Source: Bryobacterales bacterium (GTDB taxonomy: Bacteria; Acidobacteriota; Terriglobia; Bryobacterales; UBA6623). From it: DNA of 64,000 bases. The stretch covers positions 1,419,807 to 1,483,806 of the forward strand of contig CBDCCP010000002.1 in assembly GCA_965214915.1 (NCBI GenBank), read 5' to 3'. The notes beneath the pieces are model-generated. The model did no database searches and was not told where the DNA came from. It worked only from the letters and a program-made list of their open reading frames with translations. The translations under genes and the position numbers were made by a program. Of the stretch, positions 45,395 to 58,643 are shown one piece after another. Numbering within the stretch: position 1 is the stretch's first letter; every line of letters starts with the position of its first letter.

Positions 45395-46855
45395 TTATCG
45401 GCGGAGGGTGGGCCGGGCGCGTCCCGGGGCGGTCGGCTTCAGCGTCGGCTTGACCTCGAGGCGCAGCTTCTTGGCGAAGTCGATCGCCTCGCGCTTGCCG
45501 GCGTCCGGGTCGTTGTGGATGACGACGATGCCGCCGGCCCCGGCCTCCATGAGCTGCGGCCGCCGGTTGTTGATCTTGACCGCGTAAGTTTCGCCGGGAT
45601 TCAGACCGATCAGATAGACCTTGCCGTTCGTCAGGGAGTTGGCGTCCGGCTTGGGCAGCGCGAGCGTAAGCTTTGCGGGAAGGTTCAAGGGAACGACGGC
45701 GGCGCCCGGAAACAACAGCGGCGCCTGCCGGTCGGCGGCGCTGACTCTTGCGGCCTTTCCGTCGGCTGCGATCTCGAGCCGCCCTTCCACGTACCCCATC
45801 CAGAAGCCGTCGTTCTCCCAGTCGCTTCTTCCGAACAAGCGCCCCCGAAGCTTGTCGTGCGCCAACAGCGGCGCAGACTGGGGCGGGAGTCCCGGCAGAT
45901 ACGGATTCACCCAAAGAAACTCGTAGAGCGCGCCCGGCGGCAAGAGCAGCGAGTAGCTATCGTTGCGAATCCAGCCCTGGATGAATTGAAACTCGCGGCT
46001 GTTGGCTTCGTAGGCCACCAGCAGCATCTCGGCGATGCGGTAAAGCGGCGCCTGGGCGCGCGCCCGGTCTTCGTCGCCGCGAAAGACCGCGGGCCGCCGC
46101 GCCCGGCCTTGGGGAGTGTCGATAACGAACGGGTAGTAGCTGAGCAGGCGGGTTTCGGCCAAGGTGCGGAAAACCGCAGGCGCGCGGCTCCACGGGTCGA
46201 TATCGAGGTTGTGGCGGAGCGCATGACACGCTTCGAGCACCGCGATGAGCGCCGCGCCGTCGTCCACAAGCTCGCCTCGCTCGAGCGGCGCTTCGACATC
46301 GGCCTTCCAGTGGACGCGGAGCAACTGCGCCAGCGCGGGCTCGGAACCTTTCCAGTCGCCGGCCAGCGCGATCGCGGCGAGCAAGCCCGAGCGGATCAGG
46401 CCGACATCGAGATTGGCTTGCGGCAACAGGGTTTCCAGAGCATTGGCCAAGGCGTTGCGCAGCGCCTTCTGCTCTTGCGGGTCGGACGCATCGTGCAGCC
46501 AGTCGTAAACAAGCGCCGCATGACGCAGCTCGGCGGCGTTGTCGATGCCCTTGGCGGCCGGCGCCCGCGACCACGCCAGCGCCGATTGCCGCGCCTGCTC
46601 ATTTCTCTGGAGCCGAAACAGCAGGGCGTCCAACAGAGGTTTTTCCGGAAAGGGCGCTCCGCTCTCGACAAGCTCCGTCAGTGTCTGCCAGCGCAGGGAG
46701 TTGCGCTCGATTTCCCGCTGCAAGCGGGTCAAGCGGCCGGCATCGAGAAAAAGTCGCGGGCGGTCGTTATAGACGCGGTATTCCGCCTGCGAGAAAGCCG
46801 CGGGAACGCAGGCCGCGGCGGCAAGCAGACCGGCGACGACTCTCTGCATCCGCAT
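45395..46855 (-). CDS. secreted hypothetical protein (alpha-helical N-half, beta C-half)
   Basis: 486 aa; signal MRMQRVVAGLLAAAACVPAAFSQ. Coherent length and codon bias. A polysaccharide-lyase-like toroid plus sandwich fold is only a guess. Confidence 0.65.
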   Translation of the reverse strand: MRMQRVVAGLLAAAACVPAAFSQAEYRVYNDRPRLFLDAGRLTRLQREIERNSLRWQTLTELVESGAPFPEKPLLDALLFRLQRNEQARQSALAWSRAPAAKGIDNAAELRHAALVYDWLHDASDPQEQKALRNALANALETLLPQANLDVGLIRSGLLAAIALAGDWKGSEPALAQLLRVHWKADVEAPLERGELVDDGAALIAVLEACHALRHNLDIDPWSRAPAVFRTLAETRLLSYYPFVIDTPQGRARRPAVFRGDEDRARAQAPLYRIAEMLLVAYEANSREFQFIQGWIRNDSYSLLLPPGALYEFLWVNPYLPGLPPQSAPLLAHDKLRGRLFGRSDWENDGFWMGYVEGRLEIAADGKAARVSAADRQAPLLFPGAAVVPLNLPAKLTLALPKPDANSLTNGKVYLIGLNPGETYAVKINNRRPQLMEAGAGGIVVIHNDPDAGKREAIDFAKKLRLEVKPTLKPTAPGRARPTLRR

Positions 46856-46907
46856 CGGATTTTATTTTACGCGCGGCCGAAACGGCAGGGATGGGGAAAA
46901 TAGGGGT

Positions 46908-47165
46908 GTGGAGTTCGGCGAGGCTTGGGCGCGCGTAGCGGAGCTTGCGGGGGAGGAGTTCCGCTTGGGGCCGGGGGAGCGGTTCACCTACACGTTCAAG
47001 CGCACCTTCGTTGTTGTCTCCCCCAGCGGGCTTTCGCTGCCGAAAACCAACTTCCGCAAGGTATTTCTGCAGGGGAGCGATGCCGGCGTACAAGGCCGCA
47101 GGCACATCCGCGCGATTCTCGAGGATCCGCGGGTAGCGTCTCGAATGCGTGAAACCAAGCCGTAA
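46908..47165 (+). CDS. small hypothetical protein (weak)
   Basis: 85-aa GTG-initiated ORF filling the 368-bp divergent spacer upstream of the S8 peptidase gene. GC3-rich codons; no recognisable family or clear RBS. Confidence 0.3.
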   Translation: MEFGEAWARVAELAGEEFRLGPGERFTYTFKRTFVVVSPSGLSLPKTNFRKVFLQGSDAGVQGRRHIRAILEDPRVASRMRETKP

Positions 47166-47223
47166 ACCGCTGCATCGTAAAGGATTCGGAAGCGCCCGCG
47201 GGCGTTGGAGTGGAGGTCTCAAG

Positions 47224-50200
47224 ATGATTCGACCGATTGCGCGTTGGTGGATTGCAGGGATTGTCCTGGCGTGGATCCCCTGCGCCGCGGCCGAGCGTGA
47301 AGCCGTCCGGCGCAGCTACACCGTCGTTCTCGACGCTCCCTCGACCGGACAGATGCTCAGCGCCGGACGCGGGAAGAGCGCACGCAAAGCGCCGGCAAAG
47401 GTGGCGGCGTCTTCGACGGCAAGCCTGCGCGTTGCAGTCGAACGCTCGCAAGTCCCCGTCAAGGCGGCGATCGCCGCGAATCGGGTACGCGTTGCCGGAT
47501 CGGTGCAGAACGTGCTGAATGCCGTGTTCGTCGAGGCGACCGTCGAGCAGGCGCGCGCTTTGGGCGCAATCCCCGGAGTCAAGCGGGTCGTGCGCAACCG
47601 GCGGTTCAAGCTGATGCTGAACTCGCTCTCGGAGATCGTCGGCGCGGGCGAGGCGCGCCGGCTGATCGGCGGCTCGGAGGCGGCCGGCGCGGGCGTGCGC
47701 ATTGCGGTCATCGACACGGGCATCGACCCGGACCACCCGGCTTTCGACGACCCCTCGCTTGCGCCGCCGGCGGGTTTTCCCAAGGGGCGCCCGCAAGACA
47801 TCGCCTTTACGAACAACAAAATCATCGCGGCGCGCAGCTACGTTCATTTGCTGAGTCCGCAAGTGTCGAATGCTGAAGACGCCGCCTTTTCTCGGCCCGA
47901 CGACCCGACGCCCCGCGACCGCATCGGCCACGGCACGGCGGTCGCCATGATCGCCGCGGGGAAGCGCGTTGCGTCGCCCGCCGGAGATCTCGAAGGCGTA
48001 GCGCCGAAGGCTTTTCTCGGCAATTACAAAGTCTTCGGCTCGCCCGACGTCAACGAGTTCACGAACGACAACGCCGTCCTCGCGGCGATCGACGACGCGG
48101 TTACGGACGAGATGGATATCCTCAGTATCGGCTTCGGCGCGCCGGCGCAATTCCCCTGGAACGAAGCCGGGCCGGCCTGCTCCGACGACCCCGATATTCT
48201 TTGCGATCCGGTGGCCTTCGCCGTGCAAAGCGCGGTGCTCGACTTCGGGCTGGTCGTTGTGGCGGCAGCGGGCAATGCGGGCTCCTTCGGCGAGCAACAT
48301 TTTCCGGCAAGGAATACGATCGGCAGCCCGGCCACGGCGCCGGACGCGATCGCCGTAGCGGCAACGGTAAACGCGCGTCGGCTTACGGAAAGCGTCCTTT
48401 TCGGCGGCGCGACGGCCACGGCCGTAGCGGGGACGGGACCCGAATTGCTCCAACCGCTTACCGCTCCGGGAATGCTCGCATCCGCAGCCGGCGACGCGGC
48501 GGGCTGCGCGGCGTTCCCCGCCGGCGCCCTGACGGGCGCGGTCGCGCTCATCGAGCGCGGAGGCTGCGGTTTCGAGGCGAAAGTGGAAAACGCGGATGCG
48601 GCCGGCGCAGCCGGAGTCGTCGTCAGCAACATCGCGGGCAACGACGAGCCGTTTCTGATGATCGGGCTGGAGACAACGGATATTCCCGCGTATATGATCG
48701 GCGCCGCGGACGGCGCGGCGCTGGCCGGCCTGTTGGCTGTATCGACCGTCGATGTCACGCTGGACCCGACTCTATATACAAGCGACGTCGCCTGGGATCA
48801 AGTCGCGCCGTTCAGCTCGCGCGGACCCAGCCCCGGGCTGAACCTGAAGCCCGACATCGCGGCGCCCGGCGCCTTCGTCTACTCCGCCGCGCAAAGATTG
48901 GACGCCAACGGCGACACGTTCCATCCATCCGGCTTCGCGCAGGTGGACGGCACGAGTTTTGCCGTCCCGGTCATCGCCGGCGCGGCCGCGCTGGTCTGGC
49001 AGGCGAACCCGACGTTCACGGCGCCCGAGGTCAAGTCCGCCCTGGTCAACACTGCGCTCCAGGATGTCGTCGAAGACGGCGGCGCGGCGCGCGTCGGCTC
49101 GGTCGGTGGCGGGTTGGTTCACATGCCGTCGGCGTTGGAGCCCATCGCGACGGTCGAGCCCGCGACGGTGAGCTTCGGCTGGCTGCCGGACGAAACGTTT
49201 CCCGTCGAACGGGAGATTTTCGTCACCAACCGGGGGGCCGCAGCGCAGTCTTACCGCGTCGTTGTCGAGCCGCGCGACCCGGACTCGATCGCCCGCGTGC
49301 TCATCGACGGGGCGGCGCAGGTCTCTTTTCAACTGGAGTCCACTCGCGAACCCAACGACTACGGTCGCCGTCTGATCGTCAGCCTCGACGGCGGCATGCC
49401 CGCGCCCGGCTCGTACGAAGGCAAGCTGCGCGTGACGCGGGATAGCGGCGGCGCCGACCTGCTGGTTCCTTATCTCTACGTCGTCGGCGACAACGCGCCG
49501 CACAACTCGTTTGCCCTGGCCGGAACCGGCGTAATCGGCACGGCGGGCGAGCAGAATCCCGAGCTTTTGCTCGCGAAAGTGGTCGACCGGCACGGAGCGC
49601 CGGTAGCCGGCTTGCCGATGGATTTCACCGCCGTGAGCGGAGGCGGCGCGATTTACGCGGCCGACTCCCAAACCGATCTGTTCGGCGTGATCGCCGCCGA
49701 CGTGGACTTGGGGCCGGCGCCCGGAGCGCAAAATTTCAGCGTGACCGGCGGCGGCCTGACCGTTCCCTTCTTCAACGCGGCCAGACCCAAGCCGACAATT
49801 GCGGCGATTGTCAACGGCGCCGGTTTCGCCGCGGACCGCCCGGTTGCGCCGGGCTCGATCGCCACAATATTCGGGGATGCGTTGGCGGATTACGCGGGTT
49901 CTCTGCGCGGTTTGCCCCTGCCGCTGGCGCTCAAGCATACCGCGGTGACGTTCGATTTCCCGGAAAACAACCTGAGCGCCGCGGGGCGGCTGTTCTTCGT
50001 CAGCGACGGGCAAATCAACGTTCATATCCCCTGGGAATTCGCCGGGCTGAATTTCGCGCTTGTGAAAGTGCGCATCGGCGATTCCTACAGCGAGACCGTT
50101 TCACTCGACCTGGCCGACTCCGCGCCCGGTATTTTCGACTACAACTCCGGCGGTATGCGCTTCGGCATCGTTACGCACGCCGACGGCTCTCTCGCGACGC

Positions 50201-50505
50201 CTTCCCATCCGGCCCGAGCCGGCGAAACCGTGGTGCTCTACATGACTGGAAACGGTCCGCTGGACACCGCGCAGACGACGGGAGAAGCGGCCTCGACGAC
50301 AAGCCTGGCGCGCACCAGGCAACTGCCCGTAGCGCGCATCGGCGGGCGGGAGGCGCCGGTCGTTTTCTCCGGCTTGACGCCGGGGTTCGTCGGCCTCTAT
50401 CAGGTGAATGCGACGATACCCGACGGCCTGCCGAGCGGCAACCTGGAACTGACGGTTACGGCGAACGGCATCGCCAGCAACACGGTGCTGCTGCCGGTGC
50501 AATAA
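47224..50505 (+). CDS. secreted S8 (subtilisin-like) serine peptidase with PA domain and TIGR03437 C-terminal domain
   Basis: ATG 47224 preceded by GGAGG, with signal peptide. Catalytic triad blocks VAVIDTGID, HGTAVAMIAAG, GTSFAVPVIAGAAAL. The PA-like insert is CAAFPAGALTGAVALIERGGCGFEAKVENA. The last ~240 aa are the Solibacter C-terminal domain (APGSIATIFGDALA ... GLTPGFVGLYQVNATIP). Confidence 0.9.
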   Translation: MIRPIARWWIAGIVLAWIPCAAAEREAVRRSYTVVLDAPSTGQMLSAGRGKSARKAPAKVAASSTASLRVAVERSQVPVKAAIAANRVRVAGSVQNVLNAVFVEATVEQARALGAIPGVKRVVRNRRFKLMLNSLSEIVGAGEARRLIGGSEAAGAGVRIAVIDTGIDPDHPAFDDPSLAPPAGFPKGRPQDIAFTNNKIIAARSYVHLLSPQVSNAEDAAFSRPDDPTPRDRIGHGTAVAMIAAGKRVASPAGDLEGVAPKAFLGNYKVFGSPDVNEFTNDNAVLAAIDDAVTDEMDILSIGFGAPAQFPWNEAGPACSDDPDILCDPVAFAVQSAVLDFGLVVVAAAGNAGSFGEQHFPARNTIGSPATAPDAIAVAATVNARRLTESVLFGGATATAVAGTGPELLQPLTAPGMLASAAGDAAGCAAFPAGALTGAVALIERGGCGFEAKVENADAAGAAGVVVSNIAGNDEPFLMIGLETTDIPAYMIGAADGAALAGLLAVSTVDVTLDPTLYTSDVAWDQVAPFSSRGPSPGLNLKPDIAAPGAFVYSAAQRLDANGDTFHPSGFAQVDGTSFAVPVIAGAAALVWQANPTFTAPEVKSALVNTALQDVVEDGGAARVGSVGGGLVHMPSALEPIATVEPATVSFGWLPDETFPVEREIFVTNRGAAAQSYRVVVEPRDPDSIARVLIDGAAQVSFQLESTREPNDYGRRLIVSLDGGMPAPGSYEGKLRVTRDSGGADLLVPYLYVVGDNAPHNSFALAGTGVIGTAGEQNPELLLAKVVDRHGAPVAGLPMDFTAVSGGGAIYAADSQTDLFGVIAADVDLGPAPGAQNFSVTGGGLTVPFFNAARPKPTIAAIVNGAGFAADRPVAPGSIATIFGDALADYAGSLRGLPLPLALKHTAVTFDFPENNLSAAGRLFFVSDGQINVHIPWEFAGLNFALVKVRIGDSYSETVSLDLADSAPGIFDYNSGGMRFGIVTHADGSLATPSHPARAGETVVLYMTGNGPLDTAQTTGEAASTTSLARTRQLPVARIGGREAPVVFSGLTPGFVGLYQVNATIPDGLPSGNLELTVTANGIASNTVLLPVQ

Positions 50506-50508
50506 CTG

Positions 50509-51183
50509 CTATTTCCGTCCGCCAAGCTTTTCGCCCGGCCGCAGGAGCGTCGGACGTTTGTCCTTGTACTCGGTTTCCTTCGCCGTCTGCTTCGCGCGGT
50601 CGCGGTCAACGTCTTTCTTGCGCGAGGCGGACATCGTGGCTTCGCGGCGCTGCTGCTCCTGCCGGTCTTCCTGGAGCACGACACGCCTGCGGTCGCCGAG
50701 ATCTTGCGCCGAAAGCTCGATGCTGTCCCTGGTCATCTCAATGGCGTCTTCGAGAACGAACTCATAACGCCACAAATCGTCCGGCTCGGCCTGTTGCAAT
50801 TTTTCGAGGCGCGCCAGAAATTTCTGCTCGCTGTCGATGAGCCCTTCAAACGCCTTATCCATGTCGAGATTGCGGGCGAGAGCGTCGTCGATGACGGTAT
50901 CGACGGCTTCGATAATGCGGCTGTACTCTTCCAGGTTGCGGTGGAGCTTCGCTCCTCTGCCAGCCTCCTGGACGGCCAACAACTGATCGATCAACTCCAA
51001 CCTCAACGATGCAAATTTGAGATAGGCGGCGATCCGCTCTTTGGGTTTCTGATTGTCGCGGAGGACGTCGATCTCATAGTCGGTCAGAAATTCCTTGCCG
51101 CCTCCGATCTCCTGCGCCCCGAGCGGCGCAAGCAGCAGCGCAATCAGCGGCAGAACGTGTAGTCTCATCGCGGGCAACCTCAC
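50509..51183 (-). CDS. secreted coiled-coil hypothetical protein
   Basis: Signal peptide (LHVLPLIALLLAPLGAQ), charged helical body and basic tail. GTG 51183 overlaps the upstream stop (GTGA); ATG 51168 is an alternative start. Confidence 0.55.
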   Translation of the reverse strand: MRLPAMRLHVLPLIALLLAPLGAQEIGGGKEFLTDYEIDVLRDNQKPKERIAAYLKFASLRLELIDQLLAVQEAGRGAKLHRNLEEYSRIIEAVDTVIDDALARNLDMDKAFEGLIDSEQKFLARLEKLQQAEPDDLWRYEFVLEDAIEMTRDSIELSAQDLGDRRRVVLQEDRQEQQRREATMSASRKKDVDRDRAKQTAKETEYKDKRPTLLRPGEKLGGRK

Positions 51184-51635
51184 TTCGATTTGCGGCTCAT
51201 GATGGCGAGCAGCAGTTTGCTGTTTACCGTCTCGATACCGGCAATCAAGTCATCGAGTTCCCGCTGCTCGTCGTAATCGAGCTCCCGCTGCGCTTCCTTG
51301 AGCTTGGCGGCGAGCTTGCGGGTTTGAATTTCGGCGCGCTTGAAATGCTTGGGGTTGCGCCGCGCGTGCTTTCCGGTTGCCTCGAGCGCCGCCCAGGACA
51401 ACTCCACGGCCGCTGCGATTTCTTGCACCGAGCCTCGCGCCCGGCCGCTCTCGCCGTCCAGATAGGCATCGACGACGGGACGCACCTGAGCATGCGCGAA
51501 CTCCAGGGCGAGCCGCGAACGCCGCTCGAGATTCGGCTCGGCCTCGATGGAAGCCAACGTTGGCGCCGCCGCATAGGCCCCGCCGGCGAGCACGGCAAGG
51601 GCAAGCGCCGCGGCCCATTGGATACGGGTCTTCAT
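51180..51635 (-). CDS. secreted helical hypothetical protein
   Basis: ATG 51635 (MKTRIQWAAALALAVLAGGAYAA), with ATGA overlap with the upstream TPR gene stop. Confidence 0.55.
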   Translation of the reverse strand: MKTRIQWAAALALAVLAGGAYAAAPTLASIEAEPNLERRSRLALEFAHAQVRPVVDAYLDGESGRARGSVQEIAAAVELSWAALEATGKHARRNPKHFKRAEIQTRKLAAKLKEAQRELDYDEQRELDDLIAGIETVNSKLLLAIMSRKSK

Positions 51636-52876
51636 CGCTTGGCCAACACCTTGTCGATAACCTTGACGCGCTCGCCGGCCTTCCACATTTCATCCTCCAT
51701 GTCCGGCGACATCGCGAGAAACTTTTGGTAGCTGCTCTTGGCTTCCGCATAAAGCTGGAGCTTGTCTTGCGCAAGCGCCTTGAGGTAGATGCTCGCGGGC
51801 TTGTGCGAGTCGAGCTTCTCGGACTGCTCCAGAGCCTTCAGCGCCGCCGGATAGCTCTCCAACTGGAACATGGCGAAAGCCAGCCCGTTCCAAGCGTCCG
51901 TCGTGTCGGGCTTGCGTTCCACGGCGGCCAAGTATTGCTTCGCGGCCTGCTCGAACTGCCGCCCGGCAAGCAGTCCGTTGGCGTAGCGCACGCGCAGCGC
52001 AACGCTCTCGGGGTCGGCGCTCACGGCCTCTCGCAACTGCTGCATGCCGCGCTCCGCGTCCCCAACATGGGCATATGCCTCGGCCAAAGCGGCTCGATTG
52101 GCCGCGGTGGAATCCGTCGCGACGGCCTTTTCGAGAGCCTCGATCGCCTGCCGAAAACGCCTCCGCTCCAGCAGAATCATGCCGATCCGTTCCTGCACGG
52201 CGGCCTCGTCGGGATGGTTGCGGGCGTAACGGCGGTAAAGTTCCAGCGCGTCGGTCTGTTGCCCCCGCTGCTCCATTTCGTTGGCAAGCTGCAGGGTCAT
52301 CGACTCCACCGAGGGGTCTATCTCCGCGGCGCGCAGATAATGGGGGACGGCTTCGCTGAAACGGCCCTGCCGCGCCAAAGCGTAGCCGAGTCCGAGTAAA
52401 GCGTCGAGCGAGGTTCCGTCCAAGGCGACCGCCTGTTTATACGGCTCGACGGCGCCGGCGGGGTCGCCCGATTTGTCCAGCGCGTCCGCCCAGGCCATGC
52501 GCAGCGAAAAATCCTCGGGGGCCGCCGCCGCGAGCGCCGCCCAATGCTCTACGGCTTCGGCCGGGCGCTCGTTGCGCATCAAGAGCATCGCCAGATTGCG
52601 GCGCGCCTGAGCCGCTTCGGGCTGCGCCGCAACGAGAGTCCGATACTGCTCGATCGCGTTCTTCTCGTCGCCGGTTTGCAGGTAGGCGTAGGCAAGATTG
52701 AAACGGGCGTTGGAGTTGTCCGCGTCAGCCGCCAGCGCCGCCTCCAAATGCAAAACGGCGGCGGCGAAATCGTTTTTTTCGAGCGCCTCGGCCGCCGCGC
52801 GCAGAGCGTCGTCGGCAACATCGGCAGGCGCCGGCAAGGCGAAAGCGATCAGCAGGCATGGGATCAGCCAACGCAC
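51632..52876 (-). CDS. secreted tetratricopeptide-repeat protein
   Basis: 414 aa; signal peptide; about 10 TPR units (e.g. ARFNLAYAYLQTGDEKNAIEQYRTLVAAQP). First gene of a three-gene overlapping-stop operon. Confidence 0.85.
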   Translation of the reverse strand: MRWLIPCLLIAFALPAPADVADDALRAAAEALEKNDFAAAVLHLEAALAADADNSNARFNLAYAYLQTGDEKNAIEQYRTLVAAQPEAAQARRNLAMLLMRNERPAEAVEHWAALAAAAPEDFSLRMAWADALDKSGDPAGAVEPYKQAVALDGTSLDALLGLGYALARQGRFSEAVPHYLRAAEIDPSVESMTLQLANEMEQRGQQTDALELYRRYARNHPDEAAVQERIGMILLERRRFRQAIEALEKAVATDSTAANRAALAEAYAHVGDAERGMQQLREAVSADPESVALRVRYANGLLAGRQFEQAAKQYLAAVERKPDTTDAWNGLAFAMFQLESYPAALKALEQSEKLDSHKPASIYLKALAQDKLQLYAEAKSSYQKFLAMSPDMEDEMWKAGERVKVIDKVLAKR

Positions 52877-52959
52877 GCGCGTTTATTTTACCAACGGGCG
52901 CGCGGCCCACATCTCACGCGCGCCCGGAACCGGCTGAAACTTCACGGGCCGCCGCGTTC

Positions 52960-53811
52960 TCACTGAACCCGCAATCGGTTGAGCAGGGCGATGGCCTCCA
53001 GGATGTCCGCGCGCTGCCGCTCGCCGACAATCTCGCGCTCGATCGTCAAAACTCCCCTGTAGCCGATCTCCTTCAGCTTGGCGATGAAACGATCCATGCC
53101 GACATCGCCGCGGCCAAGCGGCGTCTCCTTGCCCCATTCGCCCGACGCCACAGGGCGGCTGCCGTCTTTGCAGTGAACCGTAATGACGTGATCCTTAACC
53201 GTTTCCAGCGCCTCGAGCGGGTCGCCCGAACCGTAGAGAATCATGTTCGCCGGGTCGAAATTGACGCCGAGATTGGGGCGGTCGACATCGGCGATGAACG
53301 CCTTCAGGGCTTCGGCGGATTCCTGGCCGGTTTCGAGCGCGAAGGTCTGGCCGTTGCCCGCGCAGTAATCGCACACCCGGCGCACGAGGTCGCGGACGGC
53401 GGCGTATTGCGGATCGGAGCGGTCTTCGGCGATGCATCCGACGTGCGTGGCCAAACCGGGAATCCCCAATTTCCGCGCAAAATCAGAAACCGCATAGGTG
53501 CGCCGTTCGCGCTCGTCCCGGGTTGCCGGCGGCACGTAGCCGACCGTGGCGGCGCAGATCGGAATGCTGGCGTAACTCTCGCCGGTAAAACCGGGGAAGG
53601 CGCTCACGACGGTAATCCCCTGCTCATCGAGCGCGCTTCGCCATGCCTCGACGGCGGCGTCCCCCAGATCCGGGATATGCACTCCGATCTGCCCGCACGA
53701 GATCCCGAGAGAACGAACCGACGCGGCGATCTCAGCCGGGGGAGCCTCGATGCCGAGCTCGCCTCCCGTCCAGAACATGACTCCGACTTGAAGATCTTCG
53801 AGAACCGCCAT
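52960..53811 (-). CDS. sugar phosphate isomerase/epimerase (xylose isomerase-like TIM barrel)
   Basis: 283 aa; blocks LATHVG, FALETGQES, NFDPANMILYG, HCKDG characteristic of the AP endonuclease 2/xylose isomerase-like fold. Confidence 0.85.
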   Translation of the reverse strand: MAVLEDLQVGVMFWTGGELGIEAPPAEIAASVRSLGISCGQIGVHIPDLGDAAVEAWRSALDEQGITVVSAFPGFTGESYASIPICAATVGYVPPATRDERERRTYAVSDFARKLGIPGLATHVGCIAEDRSDPQYAAVRDLVRRVCDYCAGNGQTFALETGQESAEALKAFIADVDRPNLGVNFDPANMILYGSGDPLEALETVKDHVITVHCKDGSRPVASGEWGKETPLGRGDVGMDRFIAKLKEIGYRGVLTIEREIVGERQRADILEAIALLNRLRVQ

Positions 53812-53865
53812 GCAATCTATTGTAAGGCGACTGCCGACTCGTCCGGGTTGCCTGCCCGAGGTTCG

Positions 53866-55011
53866 TCAGCCGAGCTCGACCCAACCGCCCTGCGCCGAGC
53901 TTTGCAGCACAGCTTCGACCAGCCGCAATTGACGCAGGCCCGCGTCGAAAGTCGGCAGCCCTCCGGCGAGCGACTTGTCGCGGCAGGCGGCGTAAAACCG
54001 CCGGAAGAACTGCTTGAACGTATCGGCGTAGCCCTCCGCGTGGCCGCCCGGAAGATCGGCGAACGTACGCGCCTCGGCTTCCAGCAGCGACGGATCTTTG
54101 ACCAGCAGTTGGTTGTTGCCGTCGCGCCGGCCGATCCATAGCTCGTTCGGTTTTTCGCCGTCCCAGGCCATGCCGCATTTCGTCCCGTAAACCTCCAGCA
54201 AGAGGCGGTTCTTGCGTCCGGCAGCAACCTGATTGATGGTGAAAGCGCCGCGGGCGCGGCCGGCGAAGCGCAGCAGAATCGCCCCGAAGTCTTCGGTCGC
54301 GATCGGACGGTCTTCGTAATCTTCCGGCTGCAGGAGCTTGCCGGCGTAAGTCTCGATCGCCTTCTTTGGTTTCTTGCGAATCGGGTGGAAAGTCATCAAC
54401 TCGGCGCAGACCGCCTCAATGCGCTTACCGGTCACATGCTCGACCATGTCGCACCAGTGCGAGCCGATATCGGCCATCGCCCGCGAGTTCCCCCCGACCT
54501 CGGGCTCGAGCCGCCAGTTGTAGTCGGTCTCGTAGAAAAGCCAGTCCTGGGAATACGTCCCCTGAACGGCCAGCACGTCGCCGACCGCCCCCGTCGCGAC
54601 CATGCGGCGCATTTGGGCGACATTGGGGTAGAAACGCAAGTTGTAGCTCGTGGCGTGGACGACGCCCTTCTCGCGAGCGAGCTGCGCGAGCCCCTGTGCT
54701 TCGTCGGCCGACATGGCTAGCGGTTTCTCGCAAATCACATTCTTGCCCGCCTCGATCGCCGCTTTGGCGATGGGGAAATGCGTCGCGTTCGGAGTGCAGA
54801 TATGCACCGCGTCGATCGACGGGTCGGCCAGCAATTCGTTGTAGTCGCCGACGGCGCGCGCGATGCCGAGCTGCTCTCCGAAGGCGGAAGCGATCTCCTG
54901 CGACTGGTCCGCGAGAGCGACCAGCTCGGCGTCTGCCTGACGGCGGATGTTTTCGACGTGGACCTTTCCAACGAATCCGGCGCCGATGACGGCGACTCTC
55001 AACTTTGCCAT
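53866..55011 (-). CDS. Gfo/Idh/MocA-family NAD(P)-dependent oxidoreductase
   Basis: MAKLRVAVIGAGFVGKVHVEN Rossmann N-terminus; EKPLAMSADEA motif; family-typical C-terminal domain. Confidence 0.9.
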   Translation of the reverse strand: MAKLRVAVIGAGFVGKVHVENIRRQADAELVALADQSQEIASAFGEQLGIARAVGDYNELLADPSIDAVHICTPNATHFPIAKAAIEAGKNVICEKPLAMSADEAQGLAQLAREKGVVHATSYNLRFYPNVAQMRRMVATGAVGDVLAVQGTYSQDWLFYETDYNWRLEPEVGGNSRAMADIGSHWCDMVEHVTGKRIEAVCAELMTFHPIRKKPKKAIETYAGKLLQPEDYEDRPIATEDFGAILLRFAGRARGAFTINQVAAGRKNRLLLEVYGTKCGMAWDGEKPNELWIGRRDGNNQLLVKDPSLLEAEARTFADLPGGHAEGYADTFKQFFRRFYAACRDKSLAGGLPTFDAGLRQLRLVEAVLQSSAQGGWVELG

Positions 55012-55157
55012 GCGTTTGCCCTCTCTCTTGCTCTCTTGCCATGCGTCCGCGCCGCAGCAGCGGGAAGCGGAAATGCCTATTGCAACACATATCGCGGGCG
55101 CCTGCGGCCGCGGCGCCGCAGGCGGGGCTTTCGCCGCGATTGCTAGAATTCCGGGTA

Positions 55158-58415
<3,258 letters not shown>

Positions 58416-58440
58416 CCGCCGCCAACTCGCAACACCCCTG

Positions 58441-58556
58441 CCTCTTTTGAGCAGCGCCTTCGCAATCTGACGGCGGTGTATCTCCGATGTCCCGTTATAG
58501 ACGCGCTGCACGCGGACATCGCGGTAAATGCGCTGCACCTTGCCGCGCCAGACGAG
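58441..58556 (-). pseudogene. acyl-CoA dehydrogenase C-terminal stub
   Basis: Frame LVWRGKVQRIYRDVRVQRVYNGTSEIHRRQIAKALLKRG matches the conserved ACAD C-terminus (YRD..i..IYeGTsEI.r..IA..LL). It is preceded by an in-frame stop (58557-58559) and the rest of the gene is absent. Confidence 0.45.
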
Positions 58557-58643
58557 TTACGGGTCAAGTTCGCGGTTTTCTTTTACGACGTCTCGCCGCG
58601 AGTGCGGGTCTCGACTGTTTTGATCTTCGTCGTCCTTCGTCGT

